NCBI GenBank assembly: GCA_002633005.1
Contig: NMRA01000074.1
Location: 268,187 to 332,186 of the forward strand
DNA: 64,000 nt
DNA from: Phoronis australis
Taxonomy: Eukaryota; Animalia; Phoronida
Direction: 5' to 3'
This document shows, in pieces, positions 62,910-64,000 of the stretch. Position 1 is the stretch's first letter, and each line of letters starts with the position of its first letter. The translations under genes and the position numbers were made by a program. A model generated the notes under the pieces. That model did no database searches. It worked only from the letters and a program-made list of their open reading frames with translations, and had not been told where the DNA came from.

Positions 62910-64000
62910 CTGGGAACAACAACAGGGAACTGCTGTTTAACACAGTTTCAGCTGGTATCTTGTTTCCTTTTACGTCAATTTACCAGGCTGTAATTTTCAG
63001 CTGCCATGAGTTTTTTAGACCTCACAGCAATTGCTTAGCTACATATTATAGTTCAGTGCTTAACTTGTTATATGACTCATAATATGAGGCTTTCTAACGA
63101 TCTCAAGAAAATATCTTTGCCTACTGCAGAGTCTGTGAGTTTCCTTTCATTCTACAGGTTTTTCATGAAAATGTAGGCATCATATACATTAAGTAATTGT
63201 TTACAACTGCATAGTCACAAAAATACATTTTATAAGCTAAAAGATCATAGTTAATTCAATCTGGTCTGTACCATGGCTCTATTGGAACCTGGTTTCACTA
63301 TTCAAAGAAAATGGCACCAGACCACATTAACTTTGTCCAAAGTCTTGAACTTTTTGGAAAGTCCCACAAAGGCAGATAAGCTTGTCGTTCCTTGTCAGTG
63401 ATGCATAATCGTCAATTATAAAATGATGCACTGCACTGCTTCGCATGCACCAATTGCACCTACATTTGACTTGAAATATTAATGCTTTCAGAGAACCAAC
63501 AAGGGTTTGAATATAGATTTTCACTCAAAAGACTTAGTTTTGCATTGTCTCAATCTACACTACATTAAACGTAAAAACACAGTTGAGAGTGGAGGAATAG
63601 CAAGGATAGTCCCAGAATACATTTACCAATGGGAGCACTCCTTTCTAAAATCCCAGTTTACTCTGATCAAACAGCAGAGACAGTCTCTGTATAAGTGTTC
63701 ACTTAGCAGGGTCCTCACTAAGCACCAATTCAACAATCCACCCCATGCCACAACCCCCTACCCAATGCCACAAACACCCCACTCATTAAGTTATGTGTCA
63801 AGCAGCCAATAAAGCTGATTTGTAGCACTAATTCTAACTTTAAGAGGAATATTTTAATCACCAGAAAGGAATTTTGGGCCTGCCGAGGGAAATTTCACAA
63901 GATTTTTAATAAGGAAATGGGGCAAATGTGGAGGCACACAGTGAGTTGCTTAGCAACTATTAATTGACAAATTACTCACAGATGCTTCTGCTGAGGACCA

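Overview
Animal (probably marine invertebrate) nuclear genomic DNA, AT-rich, with spliceosomal introns and assembly gaps. About two-thirds of the window (22362 to beyond 62909, minus strand) is a HEATR1/UTP10 gene. I traced 39 phase-consistent coding exons by hand (6356 nt, about 2117 aa); the start-codon exon lies beyond the window. Three exons appear twice around the N-gap at 55441-55564, most likely as uncollapsed haplotypes. At the left end is the first coding exon of an NWD1/NWD2-like gene (minus strand). There is also a motif-dense candidate promoter near 9.5-9.7 kb. The rest is repeat-rich: Helentron-type (HINE-like) non-autonomous elements, several MITE/foldback families, a tRNA-like Pol III element, and a Penelope-like GIY-YIG insertion with inverted arms and an 11-bp TSD. 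The most notable signals are: (i) two paralogous intronic box C/D snoRNAs in HEATR1 with a conserved 13-nt guide to 18S rRNA, pointing at an adenosine I do not recognise as methylated in human or yeast, plus a third orphan C/D candidate; (ii) a variant minimal hammerhead ribozyme (C3U/G8A) in both Penelope arms; (iii) an in-frame 42-bp repeat that quadruplicates a HEATR1 splice donor. All coordinates were read by eye and no searches were run.
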